Notes: generated by a model from the letters alone, not told the origin. A stretch of DNA of 64,000 nt from Nitrospirota bacterium (GCA_963701855.1 CAVPBK010000006.1:1-64000); one strand, 5' to 3'. Positions 9,843-20,818 are shown, numbered from the stretch's first letter. Made by a program: numbers and translations.

Positions 9843-10132
9843 TAAGACCTCCGGGCTCGGACAGATACTGGACTGTCTGAGCCGACCGTCATGTCCATAT
9901 GTAGACGATGCTCTGCGTCTGTATCGGTCTGAGCCTTAGAAACTTAAATGAGGAGATTTAGCAGGATGTTCTCTCTTAGCTGTTAGAGAGCAGGGACAGG
10001 CTTCTGGTGATACCTAATAAATAGGTGGGCCGGTGAGGCGTACTTCAGTTTCCTGGCTCCAGACAATGTGGCGCGTGACAATCAATCGGAATGGCTACAT
10101 CGAAGTGAGAGGGCTAGACCAACCGGGTCTGG

Positions 10133-11509
10133 CTAATGTCCGGAGGATGTCTTCTCTGCTTGGGAAGCCAAGAGGTCGTTCTTTATAGGGATCTGTGTGA
10201 GTAGGTCGGCACGAATCTGGAAAATGCCTGGGATTCGTTGCCCCATGGCATAGGCCAATCCGTTGGCATGGCTCCCAATCGAAAGTTTCCCTGCGATTTT
10301 TCCATCCCTTCCTGTAGCAATAAATTCTGCTGCCGGTGTCACAAGGCCATAGGGGGCCAGCGGTCCGGCCTGTTTGACCACTCGTTCCTCGGCTGGGACA
10401 TTGGCGACACGGCTGACAAACAAGTCAGTGGCCTGCTGGTCTAACTTCTCCGTCGGCTGATCCTCTAAAACCCATTCGTTCTGTTGGTTGATCAAGACAT
10501 ATTGCTCGGTCGGGGTTGTGACGGAGAGTATGGCGATGTCGGTATAGTCGATACCAAGTAGCCGCTTGTCTTGGAACGAAAAGAGTTCTCTGGTCAGGTC
10601 TCTGATTGTGGTCGGATTGACGCGATAGAGAGGACCGGTGGAACTCGTTTCTGCAAAGGCTTCACCGCTAGCCTGGTCCGGTTGGTACAGCTTGACTGTC
10701 TGGTCGCCTTCGGCCGTATGAATGGTGACTTTCACTTTCGGCACAGTGAGCACTTTGGCCAGAGCGTCGCGTTCGGGCCCTGGGTCAACGATGCCCAGTG
10801 CCTTGAGGTCTTCGAGCCTAAACAAAATAGTCCGTACCTCCGTTTGATCGGCTTCGCCTTCAATCGGGTAGCGAAGCTTCCATTTGCTTTTTGGTTTCTC
10901 CTGTCCTTGATAGAGCACAATTTCTGTGGTCGCATAGGTGAGACGGATGCGATCGACATCGCCTTGTGACACACGCAAAAGGTCTTTGCGGCGAAAGGTC
11001 ATCAACGTCTTGTTCACGAAATCTTTGGGAGCCAGATTGGTGAGCAGAACCTTGCGATCCGATTCACGAAGGACATACAGGGTAGAGGTAAGGGGACCGC
11101 TATTCCCGATAGAAAACGTCTCCCGTGCAGCACCGGCAGTAACGGTGATGGTCGTTACCGGGGTGTCGAGGCCAAAGGGACTCAGGTTAGTCGGATGGTC
11201 TTCGACGGAGCGGGTCACGGTACCTGTGACCAATGCTCGGATAAGACTTTGTACTTCCCGCTGATCGGCTTCGGTGCTGAGAGGCGCGGTCAACATCCAT
11301 CTTTTCTCAGGAGTCCGAGCGAACACGAGTTCGTGTTGGTCGGTCTTGATGGTAAGCCCGGAGAGAGTGTCCTGGTCAAAAAGCAACACCTTCTTGTCGG
11401 CCGTGTCTTGTCGCTCGTCCGATTCCTTCTGCGGAAGTTCAATGGCATAGAGGTACAAGCCGAGTCCGGCCAGTACGAGTGCCATGACGAGTGTGGGCCA
11501 ATAACGCAT
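10133..11509 (-). CDS. DUF4340-type protein
   Basis: N-terminal TM; repeated FGL/YGLxxP domains; last gene of the Gld-like ABC operon. Confidence 0.8.
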   Translation of the reverse strand: MRYWPTLVMALVLAGLGLYLYAIELPQKESDERQDTADKKVLLFDQDTLSGLTIKTDQHELVFARTPEKRWMLTAPLSTEADQREVQSLIRALVTGTVTRSVEDHPTNLSPFGLDTPVTTITVTAGAARETFSIGNSGPLTSTLYVLRESDRKVLLTNLAPKDFVNKTLMTFRRKDLLRVSQGDVDRIRLTYATTEIVLYQGQEKPKSKWKLRYPIEGEADQTEVRTILFRLEDLKALGIVDPGPERDALAKVLTVPKVKVTIHTAEGDQTVKLYQPDQASGEAFAETSSTGPLYRVNPTTIRDLTRELFSFQDKRLLGIDYTDIAILSVTTPTEQYVLINQQNEWVLEDQPTEKLDQQATDLFVSRVANVPAEERVVKQAGPLAPYGLVTPAAEFIATGRDGKIAGKLSIGSHANGLAYAMGQRIPGIFQIRADLLTQIPIKNDLLASQAEKTSSGH

Positions 11510-11512
11510 GAG

Positions 11513-13036
11513 CTAAAGGCGCCGGCGTCTGCGCCAGACCATGATGCCGGAAAAAAACATGGTGGCCGGCAGAAGGATGACTTGCAGATACAGCAGGGCC
11601 CGTTCCTGCAAGGGGTTGGGAGTAAACGGCCGAAGCGCGGAATCTTTTGGGACGATCGCCAGAATATTCCGTTCTTCTGCCAACCACCCGGCTGAGTGGA
11701 GGAAAAAGTCGCTGTTGCCTGGAAAATTCACGAAAGCATTGGTCGCGAACGTGGAATTACCAATGACGACGATCGCTGGACGAGGCTTGCCTTCCTCCGG
11801 TGCGAGCTTTGGCGCGAGGGCCGCGGCCATCGGTAAGGGGCCTTTGATGTCTTCCTTTTCATCGAGGTTGACGACACGGCCCCTCAGATCGGTTTCTGCC
11901 CAACTGTTCGGCGATGTTCGGGCAAGCGGCACAAAGTCCCATGCGCTGCCGGCCTGTTCATCGAAGGTGATATGTCGCGCGAGGGGAAACAGCACGGCAG
12001 CGGTAAGGTCCTGTGTAATTTCATGTTCTGTGAACGTGCGGACAAGCAGGGACGTCAGGTCGCCTTGGGCTAATCGATCTTGCACATCGACCAGGGCTCC
12101 AGGACCGACCCCCAGGCCCCACCGTTTGAGCAAAGGATTCAGATCGGCCTGCGTGTCCGGATCGATGAGCAACAAAAGATGGCCGCCCTTTTCCACATAG
12201 GCATAAATTCGTTCTTGCTCCTCGGCGATCACAGGCCTACGGGGGCCGGCTAAGACAAGGATGGCGGTATGATCCGGCACGGCTGCCTCTTTCAGCAAGC
12301 TGAGGGTGCCGACATCGTAACCCTGCTTGAACAAGATTTCTCTGGCGGCAGACAGTCCAGTTCGCTCCCGATCGTCTAAACTCGGCTCCCCGTGCCCTTC
12401 GAGAAAGAGCACACGTTTCTTGCTGTCTTGAGAGACACGGATCAGCGCCCCTGTCAGTTCCACTTCAGAGGGAGCGTTGACTCGGACGCTGTGCCCGGCG
12501 CTTTCGAACACAGCCGTATCGGTTCTTGTAATACCGTAGTTTTGGGCGATTTTCGGCTGTCGTTCCGGATCGACGAACTCCACGGAAACCTTCGGACTGG
12601 CTTGCCGATAACTATCGAGCCGTTCTTTGTAGGATTGATAGCCGGGATCCTTCTCTCTCGTAAAAACGGTGATGGTCACCTCGCGCGGAAGACTCCTCAA
12701 CACGCGATACGTTTGCGGAGCGAGAGAGAAGTTCTGATTCTCCGACAGGTCCCAACGAACGGAATGGCGCGCGGCCAGAAAGTTGACAATGACGAGAATG
12801 CCGACGAAGAGGAGGATCATCAACAGACTGTTGGCCCCTACGCGCGTAGAGCGGCGGGTGGAAAAGGCTTTCAGGCCGCTGAAATGAACGATGAAAAAAG
12901 TAATGAGACAGAGGAGGGCCGATCCTTCCAGGAGGGCCGCCAGCCAAAGGTTCTCCGGGGCGACGCTATAGCCGATCGCTCCGGCCACAGCCAGAACCGC
13001 ACCGATCACGCCAAGGGGAATTGTCTTGAGGTTCAT
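11513..13036 (-). CDS. GldG-family ABC auxiliary component
   Basis: RWDLSENQNFSL, FVDP and FLEGHGE motifs; ATG 13036 overlaps the upstream stop. Confidence 0.85.
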   Translation of the reverse strand: MNLKTIPLGVIGAVLAVAGAIGYSVAPENLWLAALLEGSALLCLITFFIVHFSGLKAFSTRRSTRVGANSLLMILLFVGILVIVNFLAARHSVRWDLSENQNFSLAPQTYRVLRSLPREVTITVFTREKDPGYQSYKERLDSYRQASPKVSVEFVDPERQPKIAQNYGITRTDTAVFESAGHSVRVNAPSEVELTGALIRVSQDSKKRVLFLEGHGEPSLDDRERTGLSAAREILFKQGYDVGTLSLLKEAAVPDHTAILVLAGPRRPVIAEEQERIYAYVEKGGHLLLLIDPDTQADLNPLLKRWGLGVGPGALVDVQDRLAQGDLTSLLVRTFTEHEITQDLTAAVLFPLARHITFDEQAGSAWDFVPLARTSPNSWAETDLRGRVVNLDEKEDIKGPLPMAAALAPKLAPEEGKPRPAIVVIGNSTFATNAFVNFPGNSDFFLHSAGWLAEERNILAIVPKDSALRPFTPNPLQERALLYLQVILLPATMFFSGIMVWRRRRRL

Positions 13037-13800
13037 TTCCACCGCGCCGAGTCCACAACTCGATGAGACAAAAAGAGCATCAAGGCCAACCCGCTGAAAA
13101 AGTACACCAGGTCTTTCGTATCGACCAACCCCCGCACCAAGTGGTCGTAGTGCTCCATGAATGATAGATACGAGACGGCCTGTCCGATGGCCGTATCCCC
13201 GAGCAGTGAACCCAATCCGGCGAGAAGCCACAGAACCAATAGTAGGCCAATACTCACAAAGGCCGCGACGATCTGATTTTCGGTCAGTGCCGAAGCCAGC
13301 ACACCGACGGAGAGAAAGAGGGCGCCGAGTAGGACGAGTCCCAGGTACCCGGTCAGGATGGGATACCAGTCAAAATCACAGAAGAGGGCGAGCATGAGCG
13401 GCATGAGACCGGTCAGCCCGAGTAACCCCAGAAAAACAAGAAATACACTCATGAACTTCCCCGCCACGATTTCGTTGATGCCGACCGGAGAGGTCAATAA
13501 GAATTCAAAGGTGCGGAGTTTGCGTTCTTCGGCGAAGAGCCGCATCGTCAGGATCGGCAGAATAATCAGAAGGATAAATCGCGTGCTGGCAAACAGATTG
13601 CGGAAGACCAGGTCATTTAAATTGATCTGGGCGCTTCCCTGCACCTGCATCAGCTGGATTGCTTGGGCTCCGGCAAAGACCATGTAGAGGTAGGCGAGCA
13701 GTCCCACGGTCAGGAGAAACACGAATCCCACGGCATACACCACCGGCGAGACAAAGTACGAACGCAGCTCTTTTGCAATGATGGCTTGGACTGGTGTCAT
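13033..13800 (-). CDS. ABC-2 permease (GldF-like)
   Basis: KELRSYFVSP and TMRLFAEERK; multiple TM helices. Confidence 0.9.
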   Translation of the reverse strand: MTPVQAIIAKELRSYFVSPVVYAVGFVFLLTVGLLAYLYMVFAGAQAIQLMQVQGSAQINLNDLVFRNLFASTRFILLIILPILTMRLFAEERKLRTFEFLLTSPVGINEIVAGKFMSVFLVFLGLLGLTGLMPLMLALFCDFDWYPILTGYLGLVLLGALFLSVGVLASALTENQIVAAFVSIGLLLVLWLLAGLGSLLGDTAIGQAVSYLSFMEHYDHLVRGLVDTKDLVYFFSGLALMLFLSHRVVDSARWK

Positions 13801-14777
13801 ACTGGCTGGCCTGCCGGTTCTGCTGAGGCAACCCCTGTCTCTGTCGCGAGGCCTTCCTCATGTCGGGTCAGTTGGAGGAATACGTCTTCCAATGTCATAG
13901 AAATCGCTTTCAGTTCGAGCAGCCCCCACCCGCTGGTGACCGCCAGCCGCGCCACCTCTTCCCGCACATCCCGGCCAAGTTCGCATTCCAGGAGAAAGGT
14001 GCCGAAGGCGCCGCTCGCAAACACATTCTGGACCCCCTGCACCGCCTTCAAGCGGCTGTCGGTATCCATGGCTGGAGATTTGAGGGTCAGCGAGATTTTT
14101 TCGGACTGTCGCAGACGCGCAGAGAGCTGATCGGGTGTGTCTTCAGCCACAATACGCCCGCCGCTGATGATGACGACGCGCTGGCACACGGCGGTCGCTT
14201 CAGGAAGGATGTGAGTGCTCAGAATGACGGAATGAGAGCCGGCCAGGTTCTTGATCAACTCTCGGATCTCGATAATCTGTTTCGGATCGAGTCCAACGGT
14301 CGGTTCATCCAGGATTAAGATCTGGGGATCGTGCAGCAGCGCTTGGGCCAGCCCGACGCGTTGGCGATATCCGCGAGACAGATTCCCGATGAGCCGGTGT
14401 TGCACCGAACCAAGTCCTAGCCGCTCGATTTCACGCTGCATGGACGAGGTCAGGATTTTTCCACTCAGACCGCGAAGGCGGCCCACGAACCGAAGATATT
14501 CTGTGACTGTCAATTCCTGGTAGACCGGCGGAGTCTCCGGCAAATAGCCGATCCGGCGTTTCACCTCCATCGGTTGGTCCGCACAATCGAATCCCGCCAC
14601 CCGTGCTGTGCCTTCGGTAGCCGGCATAAAGCAGGTCAGGATGCGCATGGTGGTGGTTTTACCCGCCCCATTCGGGCCCAGAAATGCCAATACTTCGCCC
14701 TTGGCGACTGAGAAACTGACGCGATCGAGAGCGGTATGTTGGCCATACCGCTTCGTGATCTGTTGGACTTCAATCAT
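13797..14777 (-). CDS. ABC transporter ATP-binding protein (GldA-like)
   Basis: GPNGAGKTT, LSRGYRQR and ILDEPT motifs. Confidence 0.93.
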   Translation of the reverse strand: MIEVQQITKRYGQHTALDRVSFSVAKGEVLAFLGPNGAGKTTTMRILTCFMPATEGTARVAGFDCADQPMEVKRRIGYLPETPPVYQELTVTEYLRFVGRLRGLSGKILTSSMQREIERLGLGSVQHRLIGNLSRGYRQRVGLAQALLHDPQILILDEPTVGLDPKQIIEIRELIKNLAGSHSVILSTHILPEATAVCQRVVIISGGRIVAEDTPDQLSARLRQSEKISLTLKSPAMDTDSRLKAVQGVQNVFASGAFGTFLLECELGRDVREEVARLAVTSGWGLLELKAISMTLEDVFLQLTRHEEGLATETGVASAEPAGQPV

Positions 14778-14977
14778 ATGTGGTGATTGGATCGATTACG
14801 TTGGGGAGTACTGCCAGCGGGGTGGTCGTTGCACCCTAACACGGCAACACATGGGCATCTTACTCAGTCGGATTGGGGCAGTCAATATCGAGTTCCAGCC
14901 GTTGTAACTTTACACGTTTTCTCCATCCTGCTAGAGTCCGCTCGCGCTTAGAGAGGCCTGCCTGAAGGGATTGATCG

Positions 14978-15322
14978 ATGATCACGGTACGCCGAGCAAA
15001 GGGGGCGCTATTCGCAATCGCTGCGTTGATGATGCTGCTCTGCATTCTGCCAGACAGTGAGGCAGCCAGCGGACGAACCTATCGAGCCCATGGCCTGGTG
15101 ATGGCAGTGAACGTCGCCCAAGTCCCCCCTATGATTGTCGTCAAGACACCGTTGACCAAGCATAACGACATGATCGTGGGAGCCAAGGTGACAGCCCAAA
15201 CCAGGATTGTGCGAAAAGGGAAGCGGGTCGCGCTTCAGACCATCAGGGTGGGTGAAACAGTGTGGTTGACCTATGTCAAACAGCAGGATGGGGTATTCGC
15301 TCGGAACATTCAAGTCCAATAG
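14978..15322 (+). CDS. Secreted beta-rich (OB-fold-like) hypothetical protein
   Basis: Signal peptide; TRIVRKGKRVALQTIRVGETV pattern. Confidence 0.65.
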   Translation: MITVRRAKGALFAIAALMMLLCILPDSEAASGRTYRAHGLVMAVNVAQVPPMIVVKTPLTKHNDMIVGAKVTAQTRIVRKGKRVALQTIRVGETVWLTYVKQQDGVFARNIQVQ

Positions 15323-15695
15323 CGCTAATCATTCATGCTCCCATGAGAATAATGAGTTGGGTCGTTACTGGCCCCGATGGTTCCCCTTGAAGTATCGGCA
15401 GTATGACAGTTTCAAACCTGCCCCCATCAAGCCGACCGCGTCCGTACCGATCGTGGGTTGACTGGCCCAAGTACTTTCTTCTATATATATGGTCATCTGG
15501 GTTGCCAGCCAAGCAAGATTGTTGGTCCGTTATTGAACAGTTCCTTATCCATCTCCCCTTTCCCCTTCATCCTAAAGTGGGGGTCCAGACTACGCTTTCG
15601 GTATTGTAGGACTCTCGGTCGGACCGTACTGTGAGGGCACACAGGCCATGATCCTGTGTGACAGCGGTTCCACCAAGAACAAGAGGTGATACTAG

Positions 15696-16364
15696 ATGAC
15701 CCGCCGAACGCATGGAAGCAGCCGACAACTGTTATGGGCGCTGAGTCTCAGCCTGGGAATGCTCCTGAGTGCCTGTTCGTGGGTTCCTAAGGGGGCTTCT
15801 CAATTGGACGTGGGGATTGAGGATCGTGGGGTGGCCTCCTGGTATGGCGAGTCGTTTCATGGCAAACAGGCGGCCAACGGCGAACTGTTCGACATGGAAG
15901 CATTGACCGCAGCCCATCGGACTCTTCCGCTCGGCAGCGTGGTCAGAGTCGTGAACTTAGCGAACGGGAAATATCTCCACGTACGGATCACCGATCGGGG
16001 TCCCTATGTCAACAATCGGATCCTGGATCTTTCCCGTGGTGCAGCGGCTCGGTTAGGGATGATGGAAGAGGGCCTATCCCATGTACGGATTCAGCTGGTT
16101 GGGGAACGCCGGCCCGCCGCTCTGCTCTCTTCTGAGGCTATGAAAAACGCATCGGTCGCCCTCATTCTCGGGCTAGAACAGGCCCCATCAGAAACCACTG
16201 AGCCTCTCTCCTCAACATGGGAAAAGCCGGATCCTCTAATGACCTATCCCCTTCGACTGCCTCCTGGTGATATCTGGATCCAGCAACGCACACGACGTTT
16301 GACAGGGATGCAGGCGGCAGATCATACCGACCGTACCGAAGTTGCAACCGTCGTTTTCACCTAA
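15696..16364 (+). CDS. rlpA: Septal ring lytic transglycosylase RlpA family lipoprotein
   Basis: Lipobox LSAC; GVASWYG, TAAHRTLP, DRGPY and ILDLS motifs. Confidence 0.9.
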   Translation: MTRRTHGSSRQLLWALSLSLGMLLSACSWVPKGASQLDVGIEDRGVASWYGESFHGKQAANGELFDMEALTAAHRTLPLGSVVRVVNLANGKYLHVRITDRGPYVNNRILDLSRGAAARLGMMEEGLSHVRIQLVGERRPAALLSSEAMKNASVALILGLEQAPSETTEPLSSTWEKPDPLMTYPLRLPPGDIWIQQRTRRLTGMQAADHTDRTEVATVVFT

Positions 16365-16457
16365 AACTCGATTCGAAAGACGCCCTTCGACAGGCTCAGG
16401 CCTTCTTGAGCCTGCTGAGGGACGCTTCGCGAGGCACGAGAGACAGTTTCTAAGCCA

Positions 16458-16925
16458 CTACACCCACTCCGTGGGCTCCTGGATCGACCGTTCAGTCACC
16501 TGCCCAACGAGCGCCTCACGAATCGTTCGACTCACCCGATCGATCTCTCCCATCTCTGATACAGGAACAATCCAAGCCTCTCCCGGCTCCAGTTCGATAC
16601 GATAGTGATTCTTCCTCGCCGAGAACCATTCGATATACGGATGAGGAGCGAGGTTCGGATGAGGGTCGAACGAGATCAAGTTCACATCCCCAATCTGAGG
16701 GTTTTCCATGTCACCAATCACCTGCCCAGCCAGATCCTCGTCCTCAAACCTGCGATTCCGAAACTGAATGACTTGCCCCGCGATATCGGGCTTGAAGTTT
16801 CCCTGTAAATACAGATCGACAGGACCGACCACCGCAAACACAATCCGCCCCACGATCGTTCCGTCAATGCGATTGTCCAAAAACCCCTCCTGCACCCAAC
16901 GTCCATTAGCAAATTTTTGTGCCAT
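16458..16925 (-). CDS. Hypothetical protein
   Basis: GGGAG RBS before ATG 16925; protein-like ORF. Confidence 0.65.
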   Translation of the reverse strand: MAQKFANGRWVQEGFLDNRIDGTIVGRIVFAVVGPVDLYLQGNFKPDIAGQVIQFRNRRFEDEDLAGQVIGDMENPQIGDVNLISFDPHPNLAPHPYIEWFSARKNHYRIELEPGEAWIVPVSEMGEIDRVSRTIREALVGQVTERSIQEPTEWV

Positions 16926-16946
16926 CTGACTCCCTATAAGAAGTTT

Positions 16947-17118
16947 GCTCACATTGTTTATGACGGTTCGTCGCGAACTGGCGGAGTGGCGCGCAACAAG
17001 CGCGAGGAGCAAGACTTGCGTGACCTGTACGCCCTGTCCCTGCTAGTTGTACTTTTCCCACCAGTCTTGCCCGTCTCGCTTGAGTCAGGCATCGGCGATT
17101 GCTACAGATGCGTTCATG
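16947..17118. repeat. Family C MITE-like repeat (degenerate)
   Basis: Left end CATTGTTTATGACGGTTCGTCGC resembles 30681 and 59535; right end GGCGATTGCTACAGATGCGTTCATG resembles 59761-59785. Confidence 0.55.
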
Positions 17119-17129
17119 TCTAGTCCACG

Positions 17130-18011
17130 CTAGACCGGCTGGACTGTGCTGATTACGGGCGATGACGACCGAGGGCCGCTCCCGTAAGCACCCACCACCA
17201 CCGCCACCAATATGAGGCCACTTCCAATCCACCCCTGAGTATCCAGCGTTTCCCCCAGAAAATACCAGGATAGCCAGGCCGCATAAGCCGGCTCCGATGC
17301 AAAAATCAATGCCACCTGTTGCGCGGGCACAATGCGTTGCACCCACATCTGAACGGCAAAGGCCCCGGTCGCAAGCCCTCCCGTCACCCCAAGACCGACG
17401 AGCAACAACGCCGTCGGCGCAAAAGCCTGAACCGGCGCCTGCTCAATCAGCATGGTAGGAAGCAATAAGACGACCGAGGCCATCATCTGCCAGGCAAACA
17501 AAGACGGCGCATCGACCTCGCGGGTAAACCGCTCCAGGCAGGCAATGTGCGCGGCAAACGAGACCGCACAGCCAAGCGTCAAGAGATCGCCAAGATTCCC
17601 GGATGCGCTGGGCTTCACCAGCAGCCAGAGTCCCGCCGTGGCGATCCCAGTGGCCAGCCACACCCGCCGGTCGAATCGACGCAGGATCAATGGCACAATG
17701 ACGACATACAGCGCCGTAATAAAGGCGGAATTTGATGCGGTGGTATAGTGGAGCCCGACCGTTTGGAGAACATAGCCGAGGAACAGCCAGCAGGTAGCGA
17801 TCGCACTCGCTCGCAAGACCGCCGGCTCGCGGTGCAAGCGAAGTCTCCAGAGCAGAAACCCGCCCCCGACCAGCACGACCCCTAGGAAAAATCTGAGAAA
17901 CAGAAACGAGAACGGAGGAATTTGCTCCAACGCCGCTTTGGTAGCGGGGAACGTCGCGCCCCAGATAAGCGTTGTCAGTAGGAGCGCAAGTCGTGGCATC
18001 AGGTCAGACAA
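17130..18011 (-). CDS. DMT/EamA family transporter
   Basis: IWGATF, TTASNSAFIT and EPAYAA; about 10 TM helices. Confidence 0.9.
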   Translation of the reverse strand: MSDLMPRLALLLTTLIWGATFPATKAALEQIPPFSFLFLRFFLGVVLVGGGFLLWRLRLHREPAVLRASAIATCWLFLGYVLQTVGLHYTTASNSAFITALYVVIVPLILRRFDRRVWLATGIATAGLWLLVKPSASGNLGDLLTLGCAVSFAAHIACLERFTREVDAPSLFAWQMMASVVLLLPTMLIEQAPVQAFAPTALLLVGLGVTGGLATGAFAVQMWVQRIVPAQQVALIFASEPAYAAWLSWYFLGETLDTQGWIGSGLILVAVVVGAYGSGPRSSSPVISTVQPV

Positions 18012-18076
18012 GTGCTGAGAACTGAGTGCTGAGTAACGAGATCCCTTTCGCCCTACTCAGAACTCAGCACTCAGCA
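18011..18076. repeat. Heptamer (AGTGCTG)n...(CTCAGCA)n hairpin
   Basis: Tandem 7-mers followed by their reverse complement. Confidence 0.8.
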
Positions 18077-18077
18077 A

Positions 18078-18287
18078 TTAGGCCTTGCACAGCGCACACC
18101 GGCGCTGTTCGGTCGTCCCGGCCTGCTCCATCGCCGCTAGCGCTCGCGCCTTATCGGGGTAATCGAACCACCCGCCTTCCCAAAAGTCGCTTGAGGAGCC
18201 GATCGACGTAGACGGCACCTCGGAACAACGATCTTTGTGGAGCGTGACCCGATCGATTGAACGCGCGATGTGAATCCAGTAGCTCAC
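18078..18287 (-). CDS. Small Cys/His-containing hypothetical protein
   Basis: LHKDRC...RCALC pattern. Confidence 0.55.
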   Translation of the reverse strand: MSYWIHIARSIDRVTLHKDRCSEVPSTSIGSSSDFWEGGWFDYPDKARALAAMEQAGTTEQRRCALCKA

Positions 18288-18424
18288 AGAAACAGCACCT
18301 CATAGGCAGACCACGGCATCGCCATTTCCTCGTAATTGTGGGCTGGACACAATCCTGACCAGCGATCGGATTCCGATTCAATCTACGATGGGATCTTGCC
18401 GATGATTGAGTCGTGCGACACAAC

Positions 18425-18601
18425 TTAGGGCAGGAGTTGCCACTCATCCTTCTCGATGAAGACCTTGACGCCTGTCTCAAGCTTCTTAATATCATCCTTG
18501 TCGAAAAGCTTCATGTACCGTTCGATCCGATTCGGATCGTCGATCCGCTCTTCCTGCATCATTCCACCGACACTTTTGTACTTACGAATCAACAGGGACA
18601 T
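18425..18601 (-). CDS. 58-aa hypothetical protein absent from the ORF track
   Basis: GAGGAGG RBS; MSLLIRKYKSVGGMMQEERIDDPNRIERYMKLFDKDDIKKLETGVKVFIEKDEWQLLP. Confidence 0.75.
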   Translation of the reverse strand: MSLLIRKYKSVGGMMQEERIDDPNRIERYMKLFDKDDIKKLETGVKVFIEKDEWQLLP

Positions 18602-18613
18602 CAAAATCCTCCT

Positions 18614-18953
18614 CTAACAGGATGCTGAAAAAGTCGCTCGTCTCACCCGCCCAACCCCGGCGCGCCGAGACGCGCCTTTTCCCATGCATCGTTCTCGCCT
18701 CGCTTAGGCCCTCCACGTACCAAATGAGATTCCCGGAGATCGGAAACGCTGGAGGGGCTTTTCCGTTCGCCAAGATCCATTGTACGGGCGAACGGCCCAC
18801 ACGAAGTGCGGCCTATACCTCGTCGGCCTTTCACTCGCTGCAGCCTCGCTGGCCGCCTTTTTGAGCATCCTGCGCGCTGTTCTTCTTCTAGCCCCAGATG
18901 TGTAGGCTAATGAATGTTTACCGTGTCACACTAGTTTTTCCGCAGACTGCTAG
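18614..18953 (+). mobile_element. Family A composite MITE (340 bp including 4-bp flanks)
   Basis: CTAA-CAGGATGCTGAAAAAG...TTTTTGAGCATCCTG...TTTTTCCGCAGACTG-CTAG; inverted homolog at 38846-39185. Confidence 0.85.
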
Positions 18954-19064
18954 CCCACTAGAAGTCATATCAACGAGATGTGTAGAATAAGGCAAAGCTC
19001 AACGGTCGGTCAAGAGCGCTTTCTCTCTCTGTGTAGCTTTCATCTGACGTGAAAGATACGAACC

Positions 19065-19379
19065 ATGCCAATCTATGAATATCATTGTGGGCAATGCGAG
19101 AAGCACTTTGACGCCACTCAGTCCGTCCATGCCAGAGTGGAAGACACCGTATGCCCTCACTGTAATGCCCAGAGCGCCACGCGGTTACTGTCTGCCTGCA
19201 CGACACAAGTGAAAGGGACTCACAAAACCGGCTTCGCCGAAATGAAGGCCTACAGTATGTTGGACGAACGGATGGAAAAGTTCGCCAAGCTCCCTCCGCT
19301 GATGGGTAAACGCGCAACGCCCGACTCGTCTCCACCGTCTGATCCTTCAGCCGGAACCGGTGGCACAACGGAGAACTGA
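19065..19379 (+). CDS. FmdB-family zinc-ribbon protein
   Basis: MPIYEYHCGQC...CPHC. Confidence 0.88.
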   Translation: MPIYEYHCGQCEKHFDATQSVHARVEDTVCPHCNAQSATRLLSACTTQVKGTHKTGFAEMKAYSMLDERMEKFAKLPPLMGKRATPDSSPPSDPSAGTGGTTEN

Positions 19380-19471
19380 ATTAGAAGCCTGTCTGACATT
19401 GACCGTGACCGGCATGTGTACGAGTGTTGTCCTTTTCTTCCCAATACCCACCCCAACCCTATGGAGATCCC

Positions 19472-20294
19472 ATGATCGCGAGACTCATGCTCTCGCTAGG
19501 CCTTAGCCTTCTGTTCAGCTGGGGAATGGCTCTTGTCACCTTTGCGGACGTCGCCGGGAGCCTGACCATTGTCGGCAACGGACCGGAACTGACGACCATC
19601 GAACCCCTCGCGCGTGCCTTTGAAAAAGCCAACCCGAGGGCCTATCTCGATGTCCTGTGGGATACCAATTCGAAACCGGTTGAGATGGTCAAATCGGGCC
19701 AAGCCCACATCGCCGTTACCGGGACTGAAGCCCCAGGCCTTTCGGCAACGCCCATTGCGTGGGACGGGATCGGCGTGCTCGTCCATCTCTCCAATTTCAC
19801 GAAAGACGTCACGACGCAACAAGTCGCAGACATTTTCTCCGGCAAGACTACATTATGGTCCGACGTCGGGGGACCCGAGACGAAAATATTGGTGATCGAC
19901 CGGCCTCGCAACCAAAATATCCGCGATGCGTTTGAGTCTGCAGCTCGGCATCACCGGCAAGATCACCGGTGCTGCCAAGACGATTGGCCCCGATGAACAG
20001 GTCGTGAAAACCGTCGTGGGAACACTTCCCCCTCTGTCTGCGGTCACCTACCTGTCCCTGAGCCAGGGATTGTCCGTCGTCTCAGGAGGCGTCCCCGTCA
20101 GACTCTTGCCTATCGACAGGGTCGAACCGGAAGGCCCTACCGTCAAAGATGGCCGCTATCCGCTCCGACGCCCCGTTCTTCTCTTATTCAAGAAAGAGCC
20201 GTATCCCCTGGCTGAGGCATTCATCCAATTCGCCCTGTCTCTGGCTGGTCAACAACTTATTGCCGAAACATACATACCAATCAAAGAGAAATAA
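19472..20294 (+). CDS. PstS-like substrate-binding protein (frameshift near 19938)
   Basis: IAWDGIGVLVH, IFSGKTTLWSDVGG and GRYPLRRP spread over two frames. Confidence 0.8.
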
Positions 20295-20325
20295 TCGTGC
20301 ATTGTCGTGGTTGATGGAGGCGCCC

Positions 20326-20784
20326 ATGAAGATATGGCAATTGTCGGTGTTCTTGCTACTGGGACTCATTGGATACATCGCTTCACCCATGACGGCCTCC
20401 TACGGAGAAGAGCCAGGCGCGATGGTTGATGGCGCCGGATTTACCCTCTACGGTACCGAATCAATCAAGGGGTCCGATGCCGAAAAAGTCGAACGAGACC
20501 CTATCTGCGACCGAACCAAACACCCACGGATCGCCAAGTTAGAACCGGATGAGGCCAAACCTGGCGACAAAGTTGTTATTACTGGCGAAAATTTCGGGAC
20601 GAAGGAATGCTTTCATACAGTGACCTTCAGCGCGGCCTCAAACATCCCCGTAGCCTTCAAATTCATGAGCGATTCGTCGATTGAAGCCATCGTGCCAGAT
20701 GCGAAAGCAGGAATGTCCTTTGTCATCATCGTCACGGGCGGCGGAAGCGCCCAGTCAAAACCCGTCTTGATTAAGTCTAAGTAG
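20326..20784 (+). CDS. Secreted IPT/TIG domain protein
   Basis: Signal peptide; PDEAKPGDKVVITGENFG. Confidence 0.8.
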   Translation: MKIWQLSVFLLLGLIGYIASPMTASYGEEPGAMVDGAGFTLYGTESIKGSDAEKVERDPICDRTKHPRIAKLEPDEAKPGDKVVITGENFGTKECFHTVTFSAASNIPVAFKFMSDSSIEAIVPDAKAGMSFVIIVTGGGSAQSKPVLIKSK

Positions 20785-20818
20785 GCCGGTTCCCCCGAGA
20801 AAGTCGACTGGGGTGAGG

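Noticed and set aside
10133..14777. Gliding motility system
   Set aside because: GldAFG-like ABC clusters are widespread and no other gliding genes are present.
15600..15695. Riboswitch upstream of rlpA
   Set aside because: A hairpin is present, but no c-di-AMP or other consensus I recognise.
16383..16425. CCCTTCGACAGGCTCAGG hairpin as a new element
   Set aside because: A single REP-like or terminator hairpin between convergent genes; too little evidence.
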